Source of the DNA: Octopus sinensis
Taxonomy: Eukaryota
NCBI RefSeq assembly: GCF_006345805.1
Contig: NC_042998.1
Span: forward strand, 77,190,001 to 77,254,000
Length of the DNA: 64,000 bases
Reading direction: 5' to 3'
Shown piece by piece: positions 26,557 to 39,100 of the stretch. The translations under genes were made by a program, and so were the position numbers. How positions within the stretch are numbered: the stretch's first letter is position 1; the number at the start of each line of letters is the position of its first letter. The notes beneath the pieces were generated by a model, which was not told the DNA's origin, did no database searches, and saw only the letters and a list, made by a program, of their open reading frames with translations.

Positions 26557-26971
26557 CTTGCTTCGATACCGCTTTCATTAACGAAATTTACATCGAAATC
26601 TAAGTAGACAAGAGTTTATGTCACTTCAAAATAAATGGAGCCTGTTAGATAATACAACTTATTGATGACGAATAGTTGACTACACATAAATATCAAATGA
26701 AATTACTTTGAATAACAGAAAGTAAGAGCCTTTTTTTGAATGAGCCGTTTTTGAAAGGTCATATAAAAGTTATATAAATATCTATAAAGCTGAAATGCGA
26801 CAAGAGATCCAAATGATAATCAAGATGGTAACAGTTAAAAAATTTGGTCGTGAGAAAAAGTTATGCACACCAGCTGTTCTGTAGAACAGGACTTAATATC
26901 AAAATAATATATTTTCAAGATTATCTGCAGCAATTTAATACTTCATATTTTCGGATAGAAGCTGATATTAC

Positions 26972-27423
26972 TTACATTAGACGTTTATTTGTCCTTGTTT
27001 GTTGTTAACATAACGTTTCGGTTGATATTTCCTCCAGCTTTCATCAGGTCTGTTGGGGAAATTTCGAACATAGGTTCTCACTCCTAAGTTATTATTATTA
27101 TTATTATTATCATTATTATTATTATTCAGGTCAGCCTGGAATCGAACTCGGAATCTTGGAGCCCGCGCTCTTAACCACTACGCCATATGTCCGTGAGCAA
27201 TTATGGAGTGAATTTTAAGACTTATATATCTAATATTCTTCTATCTTTCCAGCTTAGGAGGATGTTGTGTTCTAGCATATGTGCTGCTTCTATTACTAAT
27301 CCCATTTTAAGACTTATATATCTAATATTCTTCTAACCTTCCAGCTTAGGAGGATGTTGTGTTCTAGCATATGTGCTGCTTCTATTACTAATCCCATTCC
27401 GAGTTCGATTCCACGCAGTGACC

Positions 27424-27489
<66 letters not shown>

Positions 27490-27690
27490 TTAACAACAAC
27501 ATTAAAACAACAACAACAACAATAATAATAATAATAATAATGATAATAATACTTTAGGAATGAGAAATTACCCCAAGACTCCTGATGAAGGCTGAACAAC
27601 AAACACGACGAGGACAAATATCCGTCAAATGTAAATAATATAAATGATGTACATAATTCCTCATCTCTTAAACTGTAGAAACTGATATGT
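26972..27690. mobile_element. Divergent inverted-repeat element: tRNA-like head, (AAT)n, then hammerhead-like tail on each arm
   Basis: Left arm (minus): TGGCGTAGTGG A-box and GAGTTCGATTCC B-box at 27129-27192, CTGATGA at 27047-27041, GAAACGTT. Right arm (plus): B-box at about 27399, CTGATGA-AGGCTG at 27582. The spacer carries a 92-bp tandem duplication (27213 and 27305). Confidence 0.72.
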
Positions 27691-28564
27691 CTTTAAAAAA
27701 ATTACAATATTTCTCACTTATAATGGTATATGATAGATTGGCCAATGAGAGCGATGTCTGTATGGTTTCTCTTTTCTAAAATCAAGCAGCAGATTTTGAA
27801 AGTAGTCGAAAGAGTTACATTGAAGAATTATAAGCATTATTCAGATACAAAGATTGAGGACCTGTGTGTGTTTGCGTGTGCATGCATGAATTTGTGTGTA
27901 AAAGTATTATAAATGTTCAGGATTCAAGTGAATCATGTACTTAAATGGTAAAGCACTGGGTCGGATAAAGAGAAAAAGAAATCGTGTATACAACGAAATC
28001 AGAGGAAGAAATAACTACATACTGAAGTACGGAAAGACTATTATTATTCCAGTTGTATATACAATTGACTGCACCCGACAAAGTGTACTATGAGTCTCAC
28101 AGCAATATTTAGGGGTGTTCATTGGACCAATTGTACTGCATTCAATAGAGTCCGAATCCACGCTAATGATACATTCCGAGTATGGTGAATAAATAACGAG
28201 AGAAAGATAATGTTTCATTCACTACAGCTGTTTCAAACGGGATTTTATTGATAAATACAGATATGACATCATGCAAAAAATCATTACCATAAGGTAAATA
28301 TACATAAATTTACACATTTAAAAACATTCCAAAAATCACCAGTTTGTGCCACTTCATAATTCCCTGACACTATTACTGCTCAGGGAATCGTGAAGTGGCA
28401 GGAACTGGTGATATTCGGAATGTTTTTTTGAATTACGTAATTCGTGTATATTCACCTGATGAAAACGTTTTTTTCCGTAAGATGTCATATTTCTATTCAT
28501 CAATAAAAATAACTTACTGGAAACATATGCAGTGCATGAATCGTTATTCATCTCTTACTGTATA

Positions 28565-28909
<345 letters not shown>

Positions 28910-31900
28910 GCCGAGGATGGGCGGTAGTGGCACCGCGGTACTTTTTCACAAGAGCCTGGATCTCGAAGTCAAGACGATATTCGTAGACCCGGAGGGTAGA
29001 CTGATCGTTCTGGATGTTGACGGCAGCAATGGGTGCGCTTTTCGACTCGTATCAGTCTACGCACCGCCCTTAACAGGTCGGGCGGATTTCTTTCGACGTC
29101 TAGAAGTATTCTTGGGAACGTCTCGTCCTTTACTCTTAGTGGGGGATTGGAATGCTACCTTGGACACGCATGTAGACTACGTGGGTAGAGACAGAAACAG
29201 AAGGGGATGCAAATGCCTCAGAGACCTGCTCAGACGATTCCAACTGTCTGACTGGTACCGACTCGACCACCCAAATGCACCAACGTGGACATGGAGCAAC
29301 CGCAGTGGGTCGTCGAGATCGTATCTAGATAGGATACTGTGTAGGACAGTAGACAAGGATAACTTAGGATGTCCACAATTCCACACAGTCAGCTACACGG
29401 ATCACAAATTGGTGACGTGTACGCTAGACTTAGATAAGGCACATAGACAGGGTCCTGGGTACTGGAAACTGAACGCATCATTCCCGTCCAGACAAGTTTT
29501 CAGAGACCGGATTAGCACACTAGTAAAGAGGGCTTTGACGGGAGCCATCATCAACAACAAATGGTGGTTTGCCCTCAAGAGAGCAGTAAAAGCAGACGCG
29601 ATTAGGTACAGCAAAGCACTAGCCATAGATAGAAATAGAGTAGAGGGTGAGCTAGTTAAGAAACTAGAAGAGACAATTAGAAGCGGCATCACATCCGACG
29701 TTTTGGCGGCGAGGTTGGCCCTCGACCAACACTTCAACGCCAAACACGAAGGATGTGCTGTCAGAGCTAGGATGCGTGCTCTAAGGAACGAAGGTGTTGG
29801 AGCCGCGGGAGAGGCCCGGGTGGCAGAGGCGCAACAGGGCAACAAAGCCACCATTCGGTCACTGGTAGATGAACAGGGGCGCGAATTGCTCGAGCCAAGT
29901 AAAATGTGTGAGGCCTTTCAGCAGCATTTTGCCCGACTGTTCGGGACGAGTGGAGGGCAAGAACGTAGGGTAGACTTCAGTGCCTACCTACATAGCCTGC
30001 CACGACTCTCGACAAGAAAGGCAGGGTGCTGCGAAGGTGCCATCACGGCGGCGGAAGTGCGGGAAGCGATGGCAGAATGCTCGAGGGACAAATCACCGGG
30101 TTTGGATGGTCTACCCTACGAATTTTACTATTGTATGCCAGACTTGTTTGGAGACGTCTTGGCAGCGGTATACTGCAACTGGCAGCAAAACGGGAGCATA
30201 CCCGGTTTTGTGAGTCGAGGAGCTGTAACTCTGCTGAAGAAAGATCCAAACAAGGGAAACATTATAGATAACTTTAGGCCAATCACTCTGCTCAATGCAG
30301 ACCTGAAAATTTTGACAAAGGTGTTAGCCAAGAGGTTGGCGCTTGTCATGGAGAAACTGGTCGCCAACGCACAGACGTGCGCCGTGCCGGGCCGGAGCAT
30401 CCATGACAACCTCCATCTGATGCGCTACATCATAGACAGGGTAGTTAACGAACCTGGCATGGGTGGGGCCCTGATCAACTTGGATCAATCGAAAGCCTTT
30501 GATAGGGTAGACCATCGATACTTGGAGGCAGTCCTGAGAGCGGCTGGTTTCGGTCCCGTCTTCCGCGGCTGGATAGCTGCCTTGTACAGGGGCATCCGTT
30601 CGGTAATTCGCGTAAATGGACATCTATCGAGACCCTTCGACATTGCACGTTCGGTCCGTCAGGGATGCCCCCTCTCGGCGCTTCTATACGTATTGACTCT
30701 TGAGCCACTACTGCGGAAGCTGGCGACTCTGAGGGGCATCCCGCGAGAATTAGGATGCGGGACGAGCGTGTCTGCATACGCGCACGACGTCACCGTCATA
30801 GTGTCAAGCCACGAGCACATCGAGCGGGTCGGCGAGACACTGAAAGACTACGAAGCGGTGACAGGAGCAAAAATCAACCGGGAAAAGTCAGTGGGCTTGC
30901 GGCTCGGCACCTGGAGAAGCAAACCCATGCCGTCCACCAGTACCTCCGTCGTGGGACGCTGGACAGACGGCCCGGTTGAGTTGCTCGGGGTCTGGTTCGG
31001 TCCGGACCTCCAAATGGAGAAGAACTGGAACGAGATAACGAGTAGGGTGGTTACTCTCGCCCAGCAATGGGCCGAGAGGAAACTGTCCCTAAAAGGTCGG
31101 GCGGAGGTGGTGAACGCGTACATCGCGTCCATCATCTACTACCGCCTGACCGTCGTACCTTGTCCCGACCCTACCATCACCAAACTAGAACGCATCCTCT
31201 TCCGCTTCTTGTGGAAAGGATGCGTCCCGATGGTCAGGCGATCCATTTGCTGTCAACACCCGTTAAAAGGAGGGCTGGGCATGCCGTGGTTGATGATGCG
31301 CAGACACGCGCTGAGACTGCGACATCTCCGGCTCTATGTAGACGACGGTGAACAGGTGTGGTCGCCGTTTGTGAGGCACGCATTCCCGCAACTCGTCTCC
31401 ATGACCGAACTACAGTCGTGGATCAAAAAGAGGCCGAAGAAGGGCGAATGGCACCGCGAGTGTCGCGTTGCTCTCAAGCAACTCTGCCGTCCCGGGTCGA
31501 CCTTGAGTGACTTCAACACAACCAAAGCATTCTATAGGGGATTAGTGGAGGGGAGGTACGACGACGAGCTCGGGGCAAACCTGGGCGTCGACGAGGAATA
31601 CCTGACCCGCCTGTTTCAAACGACTTTCGGCCCGGGACCTATGGACAACTTCCAGAGATCCCTGGCCTGGCGGTGCTACCGAGAAGCGCTACCCGTTCGG
31701 GATAAGCTCTATAGGCATGGCTCGAGAAACACGGGGCCGACCTGCCCGAGATGCGGGCAGAGCGACGAAACCGCTCTGCACGCAATCGTGCAGTGTCCAG
31801 CAATTTCCCACCTGTGGGCTTATGTCGAACGACTGCTGTCACGTGTGGGACGTGTCGGTTTATCAGCCGAGTCTATCGTTAATATCGTCACGCCTCCTTC

Positions 31901-32105
31901 CTTCAAACGGGAAGGAAGAGCTATTTTTATCATACTTGTGGCTATGGCGAAAGAATGTATCTGGTGGACGCGTCTGAAAGGATTAGAGACAAACACTTTC
32001 CTCTCTGGTCAATCTCTCATCAACTTCTTCAAGTATCACTTGAAGAAAAAAGTGAGAGTAGAGAGGCAAGTTTTGTCTAGTGAATGTTTTAAAAAAAATG
32101 GGTGA
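28910..32105 (+). CDS. Tx1 ORF2 (endonuclease-RT-zinc knuckle), N-terminally truncated, YAHD in place of YADD
   Basis: GSGTAVLF, SVYAP, LVGDWN, SYLDRI, TDHKLV (APE); KSPGLDG, NFRPITLLNAD, LDQSKAFDRVDH, VRQGCPLS, YAHD at 30777 (RT); CPRCGQSDETALHAIVQC at 31743. A probable +1 slip in the A8 run at 32091 hides a ...WVNVARM...TMIL* ending at 32161. Confidence 0.9.
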
Positions 32106-32563
32106 ATGTAGCAAGGATGGCACGTATGAATGACGAAGCCACCTTGACTATGATTCTATGAACCGTAAAAATTAATACAGAGAGTTGCTTATTTGCAAAA
32201 AAAAAAAGAAATATAACATGTGACTTCATTGACCGAGGTTACCGTGGTCTTTTCCGTAGGCTTTTCTTTCCACGGGTAAACCTCACCTGTCCTCCCCTTT
32301 ACACTTCATATTGACATTTCTGTGATAACGATCCCTATTGATCAATTTTTTTTCCTCTCCCCCTTTTTTAACCCCCCCCTTTTTTATCCTCTTTCTCTCC
32401 TTTTACGATCCCTTTTGATCGACCCCCCCTTTTTTATTTTATTTTATTTGTTATTTTATTATTATTATTATTATTATTTTTTTTTTTTAAACCTTCAAAA
32501 GAAAAGCTCTGCCTTGTAATTTGTTCTATCTGTGTGCAGCCCTGTGTGGCTAATAAAGAAACA
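28910..32563 (+). mobile_element. 5'-truncated Tx1-clade (L1 group) non-LTR retrotransposon
   Basis: ORF2 with partial APE, RT and C-terminal CCHC; pyrimidine-rich 3' UTR; AATAAA at 32552 followed directly by (TATC)n. Confidence 0.92.
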
Positions 32564-32610
<47 letters not shown>

Positions 32611-33398
32611 ATATATATATATATATATACATACACGTATGGTCTTTTTAAGTATATCTCTATAGATCGTTACCTTTTGAAATTCTTCAGTGTGATCACT
32701 AATACCCCATGTTTGATTAAACCATGTGTAATGAATAGTATCGAGTTAGATATAAAAGATTTTTCCTGTTTTCCTCTCTCTGAATGTCTGGGTAGCAGTT
32801 CTATTGTAAGACATGGATTGTGAAGTTATTAGCTGTTTAAGCTTTCAGATTAAAATGACCGGCTACAGATTTGTTGTTCTCTCTTCTTTCGAAATTTGTG
32901 CATTAAGTCATTCACCCGGCTTAACGTAATCTTCACTGTTATTTAAGATAAGCCGTAATATATGCATATAACTGATAGCTTATCGCATACTAATGTTTCA
33001 AATAAGCCCCCACTTTCGAAGGAATGCAATAGATATTATTGGAAATAAATGGATGTTTCGTGAAGATTGTCGCTTTTGTCATGAATTATGTATTCAAATT
33101 TTTTAATGTGAGTAGAATATGAATAGGTCGAGATGTATTGACACTTCTGAATTTAGAGTACGGCGATGAGATACCTTAAAATTATTTTTTCAATAATTAA
33201 TGCTATTGCCACGAAGGGTTTAATAAGGAACTGAATAGAGGTTTCTAAATTCGAACGCTTTCATTGTTGTTGTAATTTTTCCAAACCGTTAGTGAAAAGT
33301 ACTATGTAAAGGTTTAGGCTTTTGTTCTGCTCGTTAGCTCTATCAGACGCGCACACATTCATATTCATTTTAATTTATATGCACAATATATAGATGAA

Positions 33399-33470
<72 letters not shown>

Positions 33471-35072
33471 CTATACGTAGATATATATATATATATATAC
33501 TTATACACACACACACACATATATATATGTATATGTGCGTGCGTATGTGTGTTCATATATATATATGTGTGTATATACATATGTTGATGCACATATGTAT
33601 TAATATGTTGATATGTATTTGTATGCAGAGGGAGAGAGAGAGAGAGAGAGAGAGGAGGGAGAGAGAAAGAGAAAGAGAGGGTATAAAGAGGGAGAGAGGA
33701 AGGGAGAGAAAGAGTGAGAGGTGGTAGCAAAATCTGTTAGGCATTGAATAGCATGCTCTTGTATGCAGATCTCTGTACGGCATATATGATCTTCTGCAGG
33801 TATTTCACATGATGATGCCTACATATGGTGCAACTTGTGTCAATTCAACCTGCCTAAATATGTGCAAGTAACTGTAGATATATCTGAAAGAATTATACTA
33901 ACATTTAATAAGAATTGAAATTTGTTTAGAATTTGTTTAGGCCTTGTCTGTAATAACAATTTTTTTAAAGACAAGATTAATACCTCTCTTTTACGTTACT
34001 TTTTATTCCAAGATGACGAGCTAAAGGATATTCTTTTCAAACTGCATTAAACGTGTGGACACTTTTGAAAACATCAATTAGCCGACATCTTAAGTAAAAC
34101 AGTGTTAACATATTCAATATCCTGATCAAATTTCACAATATAAATATATAATATGTATAAATTAGAGAAAATTCGCCATTATGTAATTCAGACAATGATA
34201 GACATAAACCATATCATATAGAAAAATAAAATATATTATAAAACATATATCTAGATCACAAAATGCACATAATAATGAATAAACATTATATAATGAGTAA
34301 AAAGACTACGTACGTTTCGTGGCTATAACTTCAATTCGAATTACAATTAAATTTTATCCAAAAACAATTCAATTTAAAAGTATAGTCACTCCTCAGGTCA
34401 AGAATAATAACAATAATAGTTAAATAAATACATATTTTTAATAAATAGTGAAATACAATGAAAAAATATTTCTTAAAGAAGTAAAAACATGATTCTTCTT
34501 ATAGAAGAAACTCCGTTAACTAAATTTGAAACTTAAAAATTAGGACCAGGTGTCTATAATACATTTATCATGTTAAAAACCTAAGGTAAAAAAAAATAGA
34601 GTAAATAGATAGAAATACATATTTTATCTGTGAAGATATATTTTAGCTTTGAGAATAATTTTAACAAACTATAGTATATCTTTACTGGAAAAATATAAGA
34701 GTCCAAAAAATAAAAATAAAAATAGTTAAAATAAATCATATGCTTAAGATAAGCTAAATTACTATAATTTAATCTATATTTATTAATTAAATGAATTATA
34801 TATTAATTTATTAATTAAATTAACATCTAATTTGATCCGATACTAACTATGTACTAAACTCTATACAATACATTGTAGACTTATAATATATCTTATATCA
34901 ACAACGTTGTAGCCACAACCCTGCAATAGTATTTTGTATACACTTCAACAATATATTCACAAATAATTTCAAATTATTATATAAGTAAATTAATTTATGC
35001 CTCGGACTAATATTTCACTCATTGATAAAATAAACAAAGTACTTATCATTATTATTATTATCATCATTATTA

Positions 35073-35118
<46 letters not shown>

Positions 35119-35789
35119 ATTCAATAGTATATAATGGAAAAATACAATAATATTTTACGTTATAAACTATTTCTCAAAACAACCACAAATTATACTTTTA
35201 GATTTTAGTTCTTATATAATAATTATAATAAGAATAAAAATACGTATCTTAAATTATAATTAACAAATAAAAAATTAGAGATACATATTTTTAATCAATT
35301 ATCATATAAATTCACCATTATTTATTAAATAAAATGTATACTTATGTTTTCGAATATATTTATGAACTAAATATATTTAAAATTAAAAACGTATAACTTA
35401 GCGTTTATATGTCTAGATCTAATACTTCGCTTATAAAGGGAGTAACAAAAGTAGTTATTATTATGATTAAATTCAATAGTACAAAAAATAAAAACTTTTC
35501 ACTATCTATACTATAATATTTTACGTTACAAACTATTTTACAAAGCAATCACACTTAATGCTTTTAGATCATAGTTCACATATAATAATTATAATAAGAA
35601 GAATAATTAAATAAATCAACGTATCTAAATTATAATTAACAAAAAATCAAAAATCAAAAATTAGAAATCAATATTTTTAAAATCAACAATCATATAAATT
35701 GTATACTTATCTTTTCGAAGATATTTAAAAACTAACAACGTATTACTTAGCGTTCTTAAATTTACTCATGAAAAAAGTACATATTATTA

Positions 35790-35909
<120 letters not shown>

Positions 35910-36335
35910 TATTATTATTATTATTATTAAATTCAATGGTATAAAAAATAAAAACTTTTCACTAACTATACTATAATATTTTACGTTACGAACTATTTCA
36001 CAAATCAATCACACTTAATGCTTTCAGATTTTAGTTCACATATAATAATTATAATACTAAGAATAATTAAATAAATGTACCTATCTAAATAATAATTAAC
36101 AAATAAAGCAATAAGAAATCCATATTTTTTCAATCAATAAACATATAAATAAATGAATTACACCATTACATCTAAAATAAATATTATACTTATCTTTCCG
36201 AAGATATTTATGAAATAAAAAATTTAAAAATTCAAAACTAAAAATGTATTACTTAGCGTTTATAAATTTATTTATGGAAAAGTACGTATTATTATAATAA
36301 TACGTATTATTATAATAATAATAATTATTATTATT

Positions 36336-36756
36336 CAGTAGTTTTTTTTAATATCGTACTTTCACTTCCCTAACGAGCGCAGCTCTGTGTGCCTTGGGTA
36401 TGTGCTGTGTTTTGATATGATGCTCTGATGGTTACTGTATTGAAAGTGTTTTGCGTACGATGTGTGCAGTGCCCAGTAGTGCAATTTTCTGTATGCTATA
36501 TGTGTTTGTAAGTCCTGGTGTTTTTGTTATGTAATTGTCTGAATATTTTTTTTATCATGCCTAATGCACCTACTATGATAGGAATTGTTTCTGTTTTTAG
36601 ATTCCACACTGTAGTTACCTCTATTTCCAGGTCTTTGTATTTTGAAAGTTTCTCCATTTCTTTTATAGACACGTTGTCATCTGCTGGTATTGATACATCA
36701 ATTAGAAAGCATCTTTTTTCTTCATGATCTCTAACAACTATGATCTCTGACAATTA

Positions 36757-36758
<2 letters not shown>
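36336..36758 (-). mobile_element. 5'-truncated R4/Dong-type non-LTR fragment (restriction-like endonuclease C-terminus + 3' UTR)
   Basis: IVVRDHEEKRCFLIDVSIPADDNVSIKEMEKLSKYKDLEIEV...IPIIVGALG; (AAT)n at both junctions. Confidence 0.85.
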
Positions 36759-36854
<96 letters not shown>

Positions 36855-37728
36855 CTTTTTTTTTCTTCTTTCAAATTTGCTTCCATTTCTTGCCGAGTGT
36901 CTTCCTTACTCCTAGGGCAAAGAAACTCATAGTATACATTGGTAGGCCATTAAACTAAACTCACTAGTTCGTTCATATTTTTTTACGTTAAATTAAAATA
37001 CATGGGTAGTAATAGTTCTCACATCGACAATGCTCTTCTCAATACGTGTGATGTACTAGTTATAACAATCTTTTGCACTTCTTGCAGGGATAGTAAGCCA
37101 GGGATCATTCTCATATAATTTTCGGTTCCCTTCTTGATCATTCCTAATGCCCCTACGATCACTGGTATTGTAGCCGCCTTGAGATGCCACATTTTCTGAA
37201 TTTCAATGAGCAGGTCTTTATATTTTCTGAGTTGTCAAACTCTTTCGCTGAGATATTATGATCACAGGGGATGCTCATGTCGATCAATAAGCAAATTTTA
37301 TTGTTTTGGTCTTTCACAACAATATCTGGCTTATTGGCTTTGATGGTTCGGTCTGTATGTACTGGAAAGTCCCACAGAATCGTTACATTTTCTCCTTCAG
37401 GTACAGCTTCAGGGTGATGATTATACCACTTGTCGGCAGTTTTGATATTGTAATGCCGACTTATTAGCCAGTGTAGATATTAACCAACTCTGTCATGTCT
37501 TAATTTATACTCCACTGGTGCTAAGACTTTACATCCAGAGATTAGGTGGTCCACTGTTTCAATCATGTCGTTGCAGAATCGGCAGTTTGGGTCTGCTCCA
37601 TTTTTCATCACATTGGCCTGGTAGTTCCGAGTTAATAGGCTTTGATCTTGAGCAGCCAGGATGAAACCTTCGCTCTCTGCTTTTAGCCCTGAGCTCCGTA
37701 GCCACTGATGGGTTTGCTTCTGGTCAAC
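36855..37728 (-). mobile_element. Second 5'-truncated R4/Dong-type fragment (CCHC knuckle + RLE endonuclease + 3' UTR)
   Basis: Manual translation 37728-37019: GLKAESEGFILAAQDQSLLTRNY...CRFCNDMIETVDHLISGC...ILWDFPVHTDRTIKANKPDIVVKD...IDMSIP...IPVIVGALG, with one stop and one frameshift; (AAT)n at both junctions. Confidence 0.88.
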
Positions 37729-38678
37729 ATTATTATTATTATTATTATTATTATTAAATTCAATGGTACAAAATATAAAAACTTTACACTACCTATACTA
37801 AACTATTTTATGTCACAATCTAATTCAGAAAGAAACCAAACTTAATACTTTTAGATTTTAGTTCATATATAATAATTATTATTATAAGAATAATTAAATA
37901 AATGTACGTATCTATATTATAATTAAATAAACAAAAATAGAAAGCCATATTTTTCAATCAATAGTCATATATATTACCCTATTATTTCTTCACCGATAAA
38001 ATACATATTTCTATCTATTTACTCTATTTTCCAGTAAAGATATACTATAGTTTGTTAAAATTATTCTCAATGCTAAAGTATATCTTCACAGATAACATAC
38101 ATATTTCTATGTATTTACTCTATCTTTTACCTTAGGTTTTTAGCATGATAAATGTATTATAGACACCTGGCCCTACTTTTTTAAGCTTCAAATTTAGTTA
38201 ACGGAGTTTCTTCTATAAGAAGAATCATGTTTTTACCTCTTTAAAAAATTGTTTAATTCTATTTTATTATTTATTAAAAATATGTATTTATTTAACTATT
38301 ATTGTTATTATTGTTGACCTGAGGAGTGACTATAATTTTAAATTGAATTGTTTTTGGATTAAATTTAAATTTAATCGGAATTCGAATTGAAGTTATAGCC
38401 ACGAAACGTACGTAGTCTTTTTACATATTATATAATGTTTATTCATTATTATGTACATTTTGTGATCTAGATATATGTTTTATAATATATTTTATTTTTC
38501 TATATGATATTTCTATATGAATGCTTAGATTACATTCCAGTGGTTTTCCTCTAATTTATATATATAATATATATATATATATTATATATATATATATATA
38601 TATAATGGACAATAAAACGAATAATTTACACCCGGTAGCTTACTCGTACAGCACAGTCAATTTTACAGTGAACGTTTG

Positions 38679-39041
38679 TATATGGCAAATAAAAGACGGA
38701 ACATGGAATATACGAGAATTTGTTATTAATCACAATTGTTTCGACACATCTAGCATCTATAGATCATATGTGGGACACTCAACAACTGAATTTCTGACCG
38801 ACTCTCGAGATGCCTACACCCATCTAGCTGCTTTTCTTTCTAGAAAATAGTAAGTTACATAGCTGAATAGTTATCTTAATGAGTTATATTTATTTATCGA
38901 CCGACGATATATACATCTACACGGCTAGATGCTCCTGAACAAGTTGTTGAGAGTCCCACGTATGACGAATCGATGCTAGATGTGCCGAACCAATTGTGAT
39001 TTATAATATATTCTTGTATATTCCATTTTCCGCCTTTCATT

Positions 39042-39050
<9 letters not shown>
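38679..39050. repeat. Diverged inverted repeat, 109-bp arms
   Basis: TATATGGCAAAT...GGGACACTCAACAACT (38679-38787) vs AGTTGTTGAGAGTCCC...TTTGCCATATA (38942-39050); abuts (TA)n. Confidence 0.75.

Positions 39051-39100
<50 letters not shown>

Noticed and set aside
27129-27192. Functional tRNA gene
   Set aside because: A and B boxes are present, but the anticodon arm is missing and the T-stem (CCGAG/CCAGG) does not pair; it is a repeat head.
29177-31977. Overlapping antisense and alternate-frame ORFs over Tx1 (and similarly over the CR1 copies)
   Set aside because: Expected by-products of GC-richer coding DNA; no motifs.
36865-36885. Dong 3' end GCAAATTTGAAAG as the source of the SINE A tail CAAAATTTGAAAC
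   Set aside because: Only about 10 nt of AT-rich match; too weak without consensus sequences.
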